Shown here piece after piece: positions 25,561-39,084 of a stretch of DNA of 64,000 nt. Source of the DNA: Octopus sinensis (taxonomy: Eukaryota). Positions within the stretch are counted from its first letter, which is position 1. The number at the start of each line of letters is the position of its first letter. The notes beneath the pieces were generated by a model, which searched no databases, was not told the origin of the DNA, and worked only from the letters and a program-made list of their open reading frames with translations. The stretch spans positions 185,876,001 through 185,940,000 of the forward strand of contig NC_042997.1 of assembly GCF_006345805.1 (NCBI RefSeq), written 5' to 3'. The position numbers were made by a program, and so were the translations under genes.

Positions 25561-25880
25561 TTACATATTTATGTTCAACAATGATCGTTTAGCATTTCTA
25601 GATAATAGGTATTAGTTATCGATGAGTAATTTATTGCCAATGATATTTTTTTCCTGAAGCACAAGACCGAATTCTAAAGGGAGGCTGTAATATGCAATGT
25701 AATCGATCTTGTTACTTTACGGGTATTTAACTTATCTACCCAGAAAGAGAAACGCAGGAAATTCAATTCCATCAGGAGTTGGATATTGGTTTATGGTCTT
25801 TGGATAAATCTTAGTGTCATAATTACTGATCATCACCATGGGAAACATGATTATCAAGATCATGATTATCATCGTCATCG

Positions 25881-25927
<47 letters not shown>

Positions 25928-25974
25928 GTCATCATCATCAATCACCATTACTATCATCATCAACAGCAGCAGCA

Positions 25975-26473
25975 GTGGAGGCGCAATGGCTCAGTGGTTA
26001 GGGCAGCGGACTCGCGGTCGTAAGAACGCGGTTTCGATTTCCAGACCGGGCATTGTAAGTGTTTATTGAGCAAAAACACTTAAGTTCCACGAGAAACCGG
26101 CGAGGGAAGGTTGTGAACCCTGCTGTACTCTTTCACCACAACTTTCTCTCACTCTTTATTCCTACTTCTGTCATAAAGCAGAGGAACCATGGTGTAACCT
26201 ACTATGGTGTGGTAAACTTTTAGACCCTAGTCTAGATTGTGAATACTCTGTAGCCTAGGATGGTTCAGCTCTCCACCCGTTAAAAGCCACGGAATAAGGA
26301 AAACAACATAGCTTTGGCACCCGTGCAACCGCCAGACAATCGTGTGTGGTGGGTGGATCTTCAAGTTGCCACACGCATTCTTAGTCGCTTAGAGTAGGCT
26401 CGAATTAGAGATTATTCCTTGTGGTTAATAGCGTGAGTCATGATCGGAATTAGAAGAAGAAGAAGAAGAAGAA
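25975..26473 (+). mobile_element. SINE C2: family-C tRNA head plus a distinct ~280-bp tail ending (GAA)n
   Basis: Collinear with 32252-32740 over its whole length. Confidence 0.85.
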
Positions 26474-26809
26474 AACAGCATTTTCGTCGTGGTTATACAA
26501 AGACTGCGTGTTCACTTATATTTATCTTATACCAAAGAAACTCTGCGAATACCTTTACTCTTTATCACCGTTGTCATCTCAACTCCTTGCTTCTTTAATA
26601 TAGTGTCCGACTATTGAAGGAACCCTATCTTTCCATTTCTGTCCATTTTGTTTCGTAGCTCAGAGTAGTGATTCTTATAACCAAGAGTACCCAATGCCTT
26701 TTATACACATGACAAATGTTTCAAAAATCTAACAGATCTCAAACTTCTTCAATTTTACATTTCTCTTTACGTTCTGAGTTCAAATTCTTCCGAGGTCTAC
26801 TTTGCCTTT

Positions 26810-27140
26810 CATCCTTTCATCCTTTGCGCTGTGCCCAATAAGGTTGCTTTTTGCAAGACATCAATCTTGCATAAGATTTCCAATTGCCTTAAGTTTTGAA
26901 GTTTCAATGGGATTGAGCCCAACGCTCTGATCGCCACTGGTATCACTTCTACATTATCCTCTCGCATTACATACAGTCTTGTCATTTCCACTTTTAATTC
27001 GGAGTACTTGGTGATTTTTTCAACCTCTTTACTCACAACATTCATGTCATTTGGTATGGCTACATCTGACAGTATTTGTCTCTCTTATTCAATATGACAA
27101 TATCCAGCCGATGGTGTTCGATTACACGGTTCGTTTGAAA
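26810..27140 (-). pseudogene. R4/Dong-like LINE endonuclease (RLE) C-terminal fragment
   Basis: SKEVEKITKYSELKVEMTRLY...VEVIPVAIRALG...VLQKATLLGTAQ. Confidence 0.8.
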
Positions 27141-27221
27141 TTATTATTGTTGTTGTTGCTGTTAGTGGTGTTGTTGTTGTTGGTGGTGGTGGCGTTTTTG
27201 TTATTATTATTTTTCTATTAT

Positions 27222-27425
27222 TAAATGAAAAGTCACAGCTTATTTTGCTGGGTATGACGGAAAGTGTCAGCCGTCCACAGCCAGCAGACTAAGGTGACAC
27301 TTCTTTACAGGTCATGCTTCAAGAATCCTGTGAAGAATTCTTGCAGTTCCAAGCAATGCTAATTTTTGTATGTGTTCTACCTTCACTCTTACACCAATGT
27401 TTTGTATCCATGCTGGTAGTTGAGT
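27222..27425 (-). pseudogene. R4/Dong-like LINE extreme 3' end plus 3' UTR, ending at (AAT)n
   Basis: Minus frame TQLPAWIQNIGVRVKVEHIQKLALLGTARILHRILEA*. Confidence 0.75.
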
Positions 27426-27820
27426 GGAGTAAAATGTACGAAGCCCAGTATACCCATCATGACAACCCGTCTAATAAGGGTACACCACGCACATGCATCA
27501 CGACCATATGTCCGCGACATGGTGATCTCATATCAAGATAAACAGCACATGACCTTGCAGGTGGGGCCCAGTTAGAAATTTTTTCAGGTCGAATAGCCCA
27601 TCCCGCTCAAAAGGTCCCTAAATAAGGATTGCTTAAGGATGTCGAACGAAACATCCATGTTTCCAAAGGTGAATTATTCAAACCCCTCACTACTTCTGCT
27701 CGTGATCAGAGATGCACATATCATCAGCCACAAAGGGACATGCTCAGCTGGTTAAGGTCAAGCAACTGAGCCCATTTTTTATACCAAGACAAAACCATGT
27801 ACATGATAACACTTCCTGAC
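27426..27820 (-). mobile_element. Family D retroposon (internally deleted), joined at its 3' end to the R4-like 3' end
   Basis: Collinear with 55215-55770 apart from a deletion. Confidence 0.8.
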
Positions 27821-27830
27821 TGGAAGTGTT

Positions 27831-28186
27831 AAGGCGGTGAGCTGGCAGAATCGTTAGCACGCCGGGCGAAATTCTTTGCGGTATTTCGTCTGCCATTACG
27901 TTCTGAGTTCAGATTCCGCCGAGGTCGACTTTGCCTTTCATCCTTTCGGGGTCGATTAAATAAGTACCAGTTACACACTGGGATCGATATAATCGACTTA
28001 ATCCGTTTGTCTGTCCTTGTTTGTCCTCTCTGTGTTTAGCCCCTTGTGGGTAGTAAAGAAATAAGTATTTCGTTTGGTCGACTTTTCCTGTCATCCTTTC
28101 GGAGTCGATACAATAAGTACTGGACTCAATGTAATCAACTTACCCTCCACTAAAATTTCAAGCCTTTTTCCTATAGTAGAAAGGAT
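27831..28186 (+). mobile_element. SINE A composite: A2-type head + A1 unit + deleted A2 unit
   Basis: Junction GTAAAGAAATA|AGTATTTCG at 28063; the last unit has tail 2 (AAAATTTCAAGCC...TAGTAGAAAGG). Confidence 0.88.
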
Positions 28187-28187
28187 G

Positions 28188-28261
<74 letters not shown>

Positions 28262-28280
28262 CATTATTATTATTATTATC

Positions 28281-28314
<34 letters not shown>

Positions 28315-28360
28315 TCATTATTATTATTATTATTATTATTGTTGTTGTTGTTGCTGTTGT
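28186..28360. repeat. (ATT)n microsatellite
   Basis: Direct inspection. Confidence 0.95.
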
Positions 28361-30067
28361 TGTATTTGTTCACCATGTACAAGTACGTGTGTATTCATCA
28401 TTATTCTATTTATTATATTCAATGTTAGAAAAATTGGAGTATGTCTTTGATAATTTCGGAGTGTATTGAACTTATTTTGTGCATGACCTTTAGTTCACCC
28501 TGTATACCATGTTCAGATATATGCATTCTATGTTCTTCGGTTATTTATCATTATACACTTAAGTGTTGCGGCTCTGTTCATGCTAAGAACAGTATTTGGA
28601 ATGTCGTAGTATCGTGTATTATTCGAATGCATTAAAATATCATAAAAGAAAAATACTTCAAAACAGAAGCATAACCATGAAATGGACGCGGGAGACTTGG
28701 ATTTTCCTTAATGTTTTAAAACAGTCGACACAAAAATTATTGATTTTTTTTCCTTAAATTTTAAGCAAAAGGCAATATAAAAGGAGGTCAATATCATCAT
28801 TAAAGGAGAGCAATATTATCAAAGGAATTGTAAGCTTTCTCCAGGCATTAGCATCGGAAGTGAAATAAATTATCTTCAGCCATGTAGTGAAACTAGGTCG
28901 CTGGAACTGGCTTTAAGCGTTGACCCTAACCTCCGCAGATTAAAAAATGCAAAAATAGAATGCTATGAATCTCTTGGTTGATGGACCACAAGTTCAGATT
29001 TATATTGCTGTGTATTCTCTAATAATCTTAGTCTCCAGTCAAGCTGGGAAACGGCGGTCATATTGCAAGAGAGAGAGCATTGGTTTCTGCAGGTCAAAGA
29101 AGCGTCGCCATAACAACATGCTCAGCGTGGAGGGGTTAAGAAAGAACATCTTTTGTTTCTTTGCAACAAGACAGATGGAGCCTTCTCTTGCCCTATCAAA
29201 TAATCTCTCACAATTTAAGTAAATGATATGGGGGGAAGTTTTCATCTTTCTTTCGTTTTCTTTCTCACTGTATATATTTTCTTTCATTCTTTCTCTCTCT
29301 CAGTCTCTCTGTCTTGTATACACATTCCTTCTCTCTCTTTCTTTCTTTCCCTCTTTCTGTCTCTGCGATTAATAAAGATGCATCACTTTGCAGATGACCC
29401 TTGTCCAGAAGACATGTCATTTCAGCAGTGACCTTTAACATCTATACACCCATTCTCTTTATGCATCTAATTTCACGTCAAACCAGTTTCTTTTTCTTTT
29501 TGCTTTTATTTATTCTTTTGCTTTCTTTCTTTGTTATCTTTAATTTTCATTATATCTTCTGTATTTTATTGTTTCTAAAATCTTCTTCACCCTGATTCCT
29601 CCCCCCTCTCTTTCTCTCTCTCTCTTCATTTGTATCTTTCTTTCTAATTCTTTCCGTTCATTTTAATTCCATTTTTTTTTTCATTTATTGATTATTTTTT
29701 TAAATCCATAAATATCCTCAGCTGAACCAAAGATTTCTCTCGATTAATTTGCGTTGCTTTTGTTTCTGTGATGCTTGAGAAGTGGGGGGGGGCGGTTGCG
29801 ATGATGGTGATGATGGCGATTGTTGTGGTGGATATTGGTTGTATTAATAGTTTTGCTGTTATTGATGTTTGTGAAGTTGGTGATCACTAATAGCGGTGAC
29901 GGCTGAGTTGGTGTTAATCGTTGCAATGGCGATTGTCCTGATGGTTGTGATTGTAAAGATGATAGATGTGATGCCAATGACTGTGATGATGCTAATTATG
30001 ATGATGGTGGTAGTGGTACTACTACTACTACTACTACTACTTACTACTAATAGCAGCAGTAGTAGTG

Positions 30068-30120
<53 letters not shown>

Positions 30121-30239
30121 TGTAGTAGTAGTAACGCTGATTGTGTTTTCATTCTGTTTTAATAGTTATATTCATGTTACTAATATTTACGACGGACTTG
30201 AAATTGTAGTAATGGCGGTGGTGGCGGTGCTGCTGCTGC

Positions 30240-30277
<38 letters not shown>

Positions 30278-30364
30278 AATCTGATTGTGTTTTGATTCTG
30301 TTTTAATAGTTATATTCGTGTTACTAATGTCTAAGACGGACATGAAATTGTAATAATGGTGGTG

Positions 30365-30416
<52 letters not shown>

Positions 30417-30655
30417 CAGCAGCAGCAACAGTAGTAGTTGCTATTGTTCAGTATATTATTGTCAATCATGATTGAGGAAAACCATGATCAAACGCTTTTC
30501 AACCGTGACCATCCAATCTCTCGAGGGATATATAACGCTACATTATCTAACGTAGCCTTTTCAGTATTTGGTTGTAATATGAGGAAAGTCCGAATGCTAC
30601 AGGCTGTGCTACTGGGTATTACCTAAGTCGTTTTTGAGATAATAATAATAATTGT

Positions 30656-30955
30656 AAGGCTGTTAGCTGGCAAAAACGTTAGCACGCCGGGTGAAATGCT
30701 TAGCGGTATTTCGTCTGCCGTTGCGTTGTGAGTTCAAATTCCGCCGAGGTCAACTTTGCCTTTCATCCTTTCGGGGTCGATAAATTAAGTACCAGTTACG
30801 CACTGGGGTCGATATAATCGACTTAATACCTATGTCTGTCCTTGTTTGTCCCCCTCTGTGTTTAGCCCCTTGTGGGTAGTAAAGAAATAGGCATTTCGTC
30901 TGTCTTTACGTTCTGAGTTCAAATTCCGCTGAGGTCGATTTTTTCCATTTCATCC
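30656..30955 (+). mobile_element. SINE A dimer (second unit truncated)
   Basis: Junction GTAAAGAAATA|GGCATTTCGTCTG at 30889. Confidence 0.88.
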
Positions 30956-31299
30956 AGAACTACTTACCTCCCTTACACATAATCTTTTTATTCAGGGACT
31001 AGTAGACCCAACACAATTTGGTAATCGGTGTGCATTCAAAGCCAGTGAAAAACAATTGACGAAACCGGTATGACTTTGAATCCCTTTAACAATTCATAAT
31101 AATGACTTTTATTCCTCATAACTCTACCTCAGTTCAATTAATTGTATATATTTATCGTTACTTTTCATTAAAAAGCCTTTACTTTTTTGATATCCAATGT
31201 GCATTTTCGCTTTTTTGCTTTTTACTTTCCTCATATCTTTTCTACGTATAGTTTCTATTTTCTGTTTGAAACATATTTCTATTATATATACATTCAAAA

Positions 31300-31503
31300 T
31301 GTGACCGCGTGTGTGCCGTTGGCGATTTTCTTTCTCCGTCTTCCCTTCCTTGGATCTCTCCTTTTCCTATGTTTCTGACGAAGAATTCCGCTCGAAACGT
31401 TAAATCCTCCTTTCTTTCCTTTTCTGAGCGTCCAATATCACTATACTTGCTCCACGTCCTCGCGTTGTTGTGTTTTCTCTTTGTGTTTTCATGCTTGGAT
31501 TAA

Positions 31504-31505
<2 letters not shown>
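31300..31505 (+). mobile_element. PLE-derived short element with minimal hammerhead motif (31371-31405)
   Basis: GTTT-CTGACGA-A-GAAT/tcc/GCTC-GAAAC-GT-T-AAAT; same family as 3968-4160; ends at (TA)n abutting a SINE-B head. Confidence 0.72.
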
Positions 31506-31534
<29 letters not shown>

Positions 31535-31539
<5 letters not shown>

Positions 31540-31682
31540 GACGGGCTTCTTCGTTTCCACTCACCAGGCTTTGGCTGGCCCGAGCCTATAGTAGAAAACA
31601 CTTGCCCAACATGACACGCAGCGAGAGTGAACTCGAAACCATGTGGCTGGGAACCAAGCTTCTTACCACGCAGCCTCGCCTG
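31535..31682 (-). mobile_element. SINE family B head fragment
   Basis: ACGACGGGCTTCTT...GAAAACACTTGCCCAA...CTTACCACGCAGCC. Confidence 0.7.
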
Positions 31683-32251
31683 TTATTGCAGTGCGGATTT
31701 CTGTTGCCTTTGTTTCTGTTGGTAGTGGTGGTAGCGGTGGTGATGATTGTGGTACTGGCGGTAGTGGAGATAGTGTTACTGATGCAACTATAGTAGCGTT
31801 AGTTTCTGTAGATTTTATTTCTCAGTTCCTTCTTTGATATGTTAGTTTCTTCATGCTTAGTTCTTCGTTATTAATTAATTAATTAAATTTTTTTAGATAT
31901 TTAATTATTTACTATTTTACTCATTTAAACAACTCGACTATAGTTTTCTTTAAACAAATACAATTACAAAAGTAAAACTGTTGCAAACTCAGTTGCCTTC
32001 ATCGTCGACAGCTGTCGCAGCGGTGATAGTGATGGCGGCAGCACCTCTAATTGCGACTGCAGCGTTAGAGGCGACACAGCGGCGGCAATAGCGGCGACAC
32101 AGCGGCGGCAGCACTGACACAGCATTGGTAGCGGCGGCAGCAGTGACATGGCGTTGGTAGCGGCGATATAGCAGCGACAGCGGTGATATGGCGGTGGCAG
32201 CGGCCAATTAGCGGCGGCAGCGGCCATGTAACAGTTGCAACAACAACAGAG

Positions 32252-32740
32252 GTGGAGGAGCAATGGCCCAGTGGTTAGAGCAACGGACTCGCGGTCGTAA
32301 GAACGCGGTTTCGATTCCCAGACCGGGCATTATGAGTGTTTATTGAGGAAAAACACCTAAGCTCCACGAGGCTTCGCGGGGAGGTTTGAACCCCGCTGTA
32401 CTCTTTCTCCATAACTTTCTTTCACTCTTTCTTCTTACTTCTGCCACAAAGCAGAGGAACCATGGTGTAACCCACTATGCTGTGGTAAACTTTCAGACCC
32501 TAGTCTAGATTGCGAAACCACTGTACCTCAGGATGGTTCAGCTCTCCACCCGTTAAAAGTCACCGTATACGGAATGAGGATAACAACGTAGCTTTCGCGC
32601 CCGTGCAACCGCCAGTCTATCGCGTGTGGTGGGTGGATCTTCAAGTTGCCACACGCATTCTAAGAAGCTTAGAGTAGGCTCGAATTAGAGATTATTCTTT
32701 GTGGCTAATGGCGTGAGTCCTGATTGGAAGAAGAAGAAGA
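32252..32740 (+). mobile_element. SINE C2 (second copy)
   Basis: Same head, body and (GAA)n-ending tail as 25975-26473. Confidence 0.85.
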
Positions 32741-33288
32741 CCACAGGGGGTGCAGCAGCGATATAGCGGCAGCAACGATAACGGCGGCGGTGGCATCGGT
32801 GGTGGAGCAGATGACGTTAGTGACGCAGCGGAGGAGGTGGCAACGCTAACGGCGCTGACGATGCGGACAGCGGAGGCGGCGGTAGATGTGATGTTGGTGG
32901 TTGTGGTGATGGTGGTGATGATGGTGGTCTTGGAGTGATGATAGGGTGAGACAAATGCTAATGAAACAAATATTTTCAACAACTCTGAAGTCAAGGAAAA
33001 AACAAGCAACAATACCAACAACATCGACATCAATAACAACAAAACAATATAAACATAAGGCGCCAAAACATTGACAATTATTAACACACTCACCCTAATC
33101 CACTAGAGAGAAATAAAATGTATTTGTGACATATTTTTGGTGAGAGGAGGGTGTATAAATACATATATATGAATATTAGTGTGTATACATACACACACAA
33201 ATATACATATATATATATGTATGTAGTATATGTATATATATGCATATTTATATATTATATATATGTATATATGTATATATATATATTA

Positions 33289-33336
<48 letters not shown>

Positions 33337-33987
33337 TATATATATGTATGTGTGTATGTGTATATAATATATATATATGTATGTAGGTATATGTATATAT
33401 ATATATATGTATATATATATATGTGTTTGCGTGTATATATATATATATATATACACATACATACATATATTTGCATGCATATATAAATATGTGTGTGTGT
33501 CTGTGTGTGTGTGTCTGTGTCTGTGTGTGTGTTTGTGTTATTTTAGTGTGTGTATAAGAATAATTAATAATTCCACTGTGGTTATTTTTAATAAATATTT
33601 TATACACTAGCATCGCTTAACTGTTTTTGTCTAGAACTGAAAACGACATTAATTCTTCATTTTCAATATTCATTTCTCATTAAGTTATCAGCTTATATTC
33701 ATTTATTCAATTATTTATTGTTTTACTTATTTATTCCATGTTTCATTATGCAGCTATCAATCCCTAGGTAGTAATGCTGACACAGTTTCAATCCCCAGTC
33801 GAAACTGGTGCAGTTAGTTTTCGAATCCTTTTAGTAACGCGAAAATGACAATGTTTTTTTTTTCCTACTTTGTAGCTCTCCTCCTTTGCATCCAAAATTT
33901 CTTTTATATAAACGTAACAAGTATAAGAATTTATCAATGTCAGAATAGTTTATATTGCTCAAAATATTCTGGTTATTATTGTTCTTA

Positions 33988-35040
33988 AGGTTTCGTCTGC
34001 CACTACGTTCTGAGTTCAATTTCCGCCGAGGTCGACTTTGCCTTTCATCATTTTTGGGTCGTTGAATTAAGTACCAGGGAAACACTGGGGTCGATGTAAT
34101 CGGCTTAATCCCTCCCCACAAATTCCAGGCCTTGTACCTAGAGTAGAAAGGAAAATTAATTTAACTATAAGGCGGTGAGCTAGCAGAAACTTTAACACGC
34201 CGGGCGAAATGCTTTGTGGTTTTTCGTATGTCTTTATGTTCTGAGTTCAAATTCGGCCGAGGTTGACTTTGCCTTTCATCCTTTCGGGGTCGATAAATTA
34301 TGTACCAGTGGAACACTGATTTCGATGTAATCGACTAGTCCCCTCCCGATAAATTTCAGGCCTCGTGCCTTTAATAGAAAATATTATTGTTGTCAGTGGT
34401 TTTTGTTGTGACTGATGCTGTCATATTTAATGAAGTTGTTTTGCCCCAAGCAACGCTGATGGAGCAATCTTATGATCATGAGTTTTCCAGCCGTAACCAT
34501 CCACTTGTTTTGTATATCAAGCAGTACATTGTCTAATCTATCCTCCGTTTGTTAAAACAAAGATAAGTTACGATGTGTGAGATTTAGCTCATTCTGTTTC
34601 ACGTGCTTTTGTTTTCTTTTTTACTGCAATTGTTTTAAATACTAATAGGCAGTATCGTTAGCACGCTGGGAAAAATGCTTAGCGGCATTTCGTCCGTTTT
34701 TACGTACTGAGTTCAAATTCCGTCGTGGTTGACCTTGACTTTCATCCTTTCACTTTCGGAACAGATAAACTGAGTTCCGGTTGAGTACTGGGGTCGATGT
34801 AATTGACTTTCGTTTCTCCATAAGACAGCTGACTTTAAGTCAAAATTTACAATTCATATCATTCGAGCGTTGTGGTATATATTCCGGCTTTTTAAGGTTC
34901 TGAATTCAAATCTCACCGAGGTTAGCTTGCCTTCCACCCTTTCGGGGTCGATAACATAATGCACTAGTCAAGTCATGTACTCGATGGTATCGACTTTTCT
35001 CCTATTCCACAATCTAGTCTTGTGCCTATTCGAGAAACAG
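33988..35040 (+). mobile_element. Cluster of four SINE A (tail type 2) copies (~33988-34150, 34168-34385, 34650-34840, 34880-35040)
   Basis: Each has the TTCTGAGTTCAAAT / TTGCCTTTCATCC / GGGGTCGAT modules; increasingly diverged. Confidence 0.8.
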
Positions 35041-35113
35041 TTACCAGTATTGTTGTTTGTTGTACCCTGTTTTTATGCCTTCCCAAATCAGTTCTAATCG
35101 AGAATATCAAAAG

Positions 35114-35242
35114 CAGTTATGAGCAACCTCTTTCGAGAAGTGGAACGCAAGGGAAATGGTTCATTAACTAAAAACATTCAAGCTAAATTTTCATTTGTGT
35201 GCCATTCATGAAGTCCCACGGGTCGCAAATTTTCGACGACTG
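35114..35242. mobile_element. hAT-type MITE (129 bp)
   Basis: CAGTTATGAGCAACCT...TTTCGACGACTG ends; 8-bp flanks ATCAAAAG / ATCTAAAG (7/8 identical). Confidence 0.55.
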
Positions 35243-35454
35243 ATCTAAAGTATAAAGTAAACAGACAACACATTAGTTTTCATTCTTTATATTCTGATTT
35301 GAAATTTTGCTAGGTTAGATCTTTTTCTCAATTTCCTGATATCGAATTCGTTAAATGTATCCCTGATCAAAAAATATGTTTTCTCCCCCAATATCAGAAA
35401 TTATAATTGGTATCTGTTACGTTCATTAAAACAGAAACAGAGAGTGATTAATAT

Positions 35455-35670
35455 ATTGGTTTCAGATTTTGGCACAAGGCCAGCGATCTCAGGATAAGGG
35501 GCTTAGTCGATTACGTCGATCCTTGTCTTCAACTGGTACTTATTTTATCGAACCCGAAAGGATGAACGGTAAAGTTAACGTCGGCGGAATTTGAACTCAG
35601 AACGTACAGACGGACGAAATGCCATCAAACATTTTGCACGGCGTGCTAACGGTTCGGCCGGCTCGCTGCC
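35455..35670 (-). mobile_element. SINE A (tail type 2)
   Basis: Reverse of head/core/tail 2. Confidence 0.8.
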
Positions 35671-35796
35671 CTACGGAGTGATTATGGTATTAGCCGTTTA
35701 ACATATTGACTCTTATGTTAATATTTCGAATACATTGCGTATGCATCTAAACAATCTTAATTCTGCATGCATGAATTCACACACACACATAAACTA

Positions 35797-35972
35797 CAGT
35801 AGGATCAGTTAATTATGATTTTTATTCAATATATTCCTCTCTCAGATTCACACATTTATTTTAGCGGTCCTACAGTTTTCCAAGCACTGTAAAAGAGCTC
35901 GGAAAGTTGGGCCTCTAACCATGGCTTTCGTGACACCCTTTAAGATAGGGACTTTTCAGGAAACCCTCCTAT
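35797..35972 (-). mobile_element. Mariner-derived MITE
   Basis: Reverse complement of the 2820-3023 family. Confidence 0.7.
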
Positions 35973-36555
35973 ATATATATATAATACAAAATGGGACAAG
36001 AACGCAAAACATCCAGGCAGTTAGGTGATACAAAAAATGAGCAACTAAACATCCAGATAGACGATACAAAGAAAACAAGGACAGGTCATTCGAAGTTTTC
36101 TATCCTCAGTCAAGCACCAGTTTGTACTCGCAATTTCGGCTGATTATTCTTGAGATTGCTCCAATCTGGCCACATATGCATACATACACACACGGGTGTG
36201 TGTGTTTATGCTGTACAGCTGAAATCTATAAGTTTTCTTAATTCTCTCTCTATTTTCTCTTGTTGAAGAGCGTAGGTTCCAAGCGTAAAAGACATTTTCG
36301 TTTTCCCGAGCGTCAAACTAATACATTTACTTGTTGTTCATACATCTGTCTTCATCTTTTGTCTTTCTGTAAATTTCAACCATCTATAGATATATATAGA
36401 GAGAGTCAAGTTCTAGAGTCAGCACCAGAGAGAAGACAAATAGACAAAATAAACTAGGAAAAAAATTATTGGATAATTGCAGATCCCGGATTTCTGATAT
36501 TGCATAAGAAATGCTTTGCCTCATCACTGGAATATATACAAAATATTATGTAAAT

Positions 36556-36614
<59 letters not shown>

Positions 36615-36813
36615 ATACATACACAGTATACGGATACTTACATATGCGCACGTATACACACATATATATGCACGTATGCACACCACCAGTTTAAATTGCC
36701 TGTCTAAACACCACATCCTATATGGTCAAAATACCACCGCAGTGAATATGACGAAGTAAATATATAAATTTATACAAATAATGATCTTAACCTTATTTAT
36801 ATAAATTTATATA

Positions 36814-36890
<77 letters not shown>

Positions 36891-37115
36891 ATATGTATAT
36901 GTATGTATGTATGTAATATATAAGATAGATAGATAGATTTGATTTTTAAAGCTAATTCTACGGATTTGCTATAGAAACTAGAGCCAGTATTAATAGTTAC
37001 GACGTTTCGTGTTCGAATACGTCTGTGTAAACAATGCGATCGAAGATGGAATAGGCAATGGTTGTATATGCATATCGATCGAGTCAATGTGCGCGAATAC
37101 ACGCATATACACATG

Positions 37116-37183
<68 letters not shown>

Positions 37184-37207
37184 ATATATATATATATATA
37201 ATATATA

Positions 37208-37246
<39 letters not shown>

Positions 37247-37262
37247 GCGCATATATATATAC

Positions 37263-37649
37263 AGGCGCAGGAGTGGCTGTGTGGTAAGTAGCTTGCTAAC
37301 CAACCACATGGTTCCGGGTTCAGTCCCACTGCATGGCACCTTGGGCAAATGTCTTCTGATATAGCCCCGGGCCAACCAAAGCCTTGTGAGTGGATTGGTA
37401 GACGGAACTGAAAGAAGCCTGTCGTATATATGTATATATATATATATGTGTATGTTTGTGTGTCTGTGTTTGTTCCCCTAGCATTGCTTGACAACCGATG
37501 CTGGTGTGTTTACGTCCCCGTCACTTAGCGGTTCAACAAAAAGAGACCGATAGAATAAGTACAAGGCTTACAAAAAGAATAAGTCCCAGGGTCGATTTGC
37601 TCGACTAAAGGTGGTGCTCCAGCATGGCTGCAGTAAAAGAGTAAAAGAG

Positions 37650-37652
<3 letters not shown>
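37263..37652 (+). mobile_element. SINE family B, full length
   Basis: All modules present; ends GAGTAAAAGAGTA. Confidence 0.92.
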
Positions 37653-37700
<48 letters not shown>

Positions 37701-37989
37701 ATAAATGTATGTGTTTATGTATGTATACAATATATGCACAAAGAGAGGGAGGAAGAAAAAGTGAGGGAGAGAGGGGGAGAAATAGTGAGAGAGAATATTT
37801 GATAGATTTTCTAGAAAAATTGCCGTCTTTGTTTCGGTAAACGACCTCAGCTAATTGATTGTTAAGCGAAAAAAAAAAATTAAATCTTTAATGGGCGCTT
37901 GGTTTATTTCAATTTCTGTAGCATTAAGATAATAAAAAGTAATAAAAAAAATAATTAAAATACTTTCCGTAAGATAAGACCTCAATCTA

Positions 37990-38230
37990 TCATACTTTTC
38001 CCAATGGAGAAGTTGAAGGTAGTTCATAAACAGAACGAAACTTAACATCGATTTTTCGCAGCTTGAAGCAGTGGAATATAACAACAGGTAAATGGGCGGA
38101 ATAGACGTGAGATAATGGCATTGCGCATAGTTTAGTCACTGTGCAGTTCTCGTAAGTATTGATAAATGCCAAAACTCTGGTGGCTTGACGAGAATCTACC
38201 GGACTCTCTTGGTTCTTTCTCATTTACTTT
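37990..38230 (+). pseudogene. piggyBac-like transposase remnant
   Basis: Frame NRTKLNIDFSQLEAVEYNNR*MGGID matches the IxQPxxVxxYNxxMGGVD motif; disrupted. Confidence 0.45.
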
Positions 38231-39084
38231 TAAACCCAGTTCAAAGATAAGCACTATTTTCCTTAAAGCGATAGCTTTAAGGAAAATTTAAGCAGAATAT
38301 TGCAACCCTATTAGTCGTGTCATCTTCAGAAATTGGTGTTTTGCCAAGAAATTGGCATGCCTAGGAACTGACTCTTAGCCAAAAAGAAATTGAAATACAA
38401 TTTGATGCCGTTTTTGTTTATCCCCAGGCAAGGATTGATCGACCAGGTTTATGAGGAAAATCGTTTAAGACACAATCGTTGTTTCTTATCAGGAATAGTA
38501 AATGATTATATCACAAAATGCAGACTTGTATTTTTTAAGAATGTACGTTGTGATTTGAGAGAGGATTGGTTGTTATTTCTACATGGTTTTTTTGGTAAAA
38601 AATATTAGTCAGTTCGATGGCATGTGTGTGTGTGTGTGTCTGTGTGTTTGTCATTTGGTTTATTGCACATGTTTGCGCATTAATCGTACTTTATAATCAA
38701 CCAATAATTTTCAGGCATAAAAAAAATGTACTGTTGTCAATTCATTCGACAAAAATTTCTCATGGAGGTGATCTAGCATGACCACGGTCAAATGGCTGAA
38801 ACAAATAAATGATAAATGATAACAAATACCTATGAAATCGATGTCTCAAGTAAGTATTCAGAGCGCAACAGAAAAAGTCCCCATATTTTACATGGCCATT
38901 AGTGTGAAATTAGATACAATAGGCAAGTATTAATGGTGTCTAAATGTAACTATTTCAGGAAAGGTTTATCAACCTGTAAAATGAGGGAGCATTTGTGCTT
39001 TTGTCTTTCTTGCATCCTGTATATCTTGAGCACCACAAAATAGTGCTACTTAAGAGGAAGCAAAACAGCAGGAAGATTACATAT

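Noticed and set aside
31990-32250. GC-rich GCG/GCA run resembling a poly-Ala coding exon
   Set aside because: Degenerate trinucleotide repeat with frame-inconsistent units and no splice sites.
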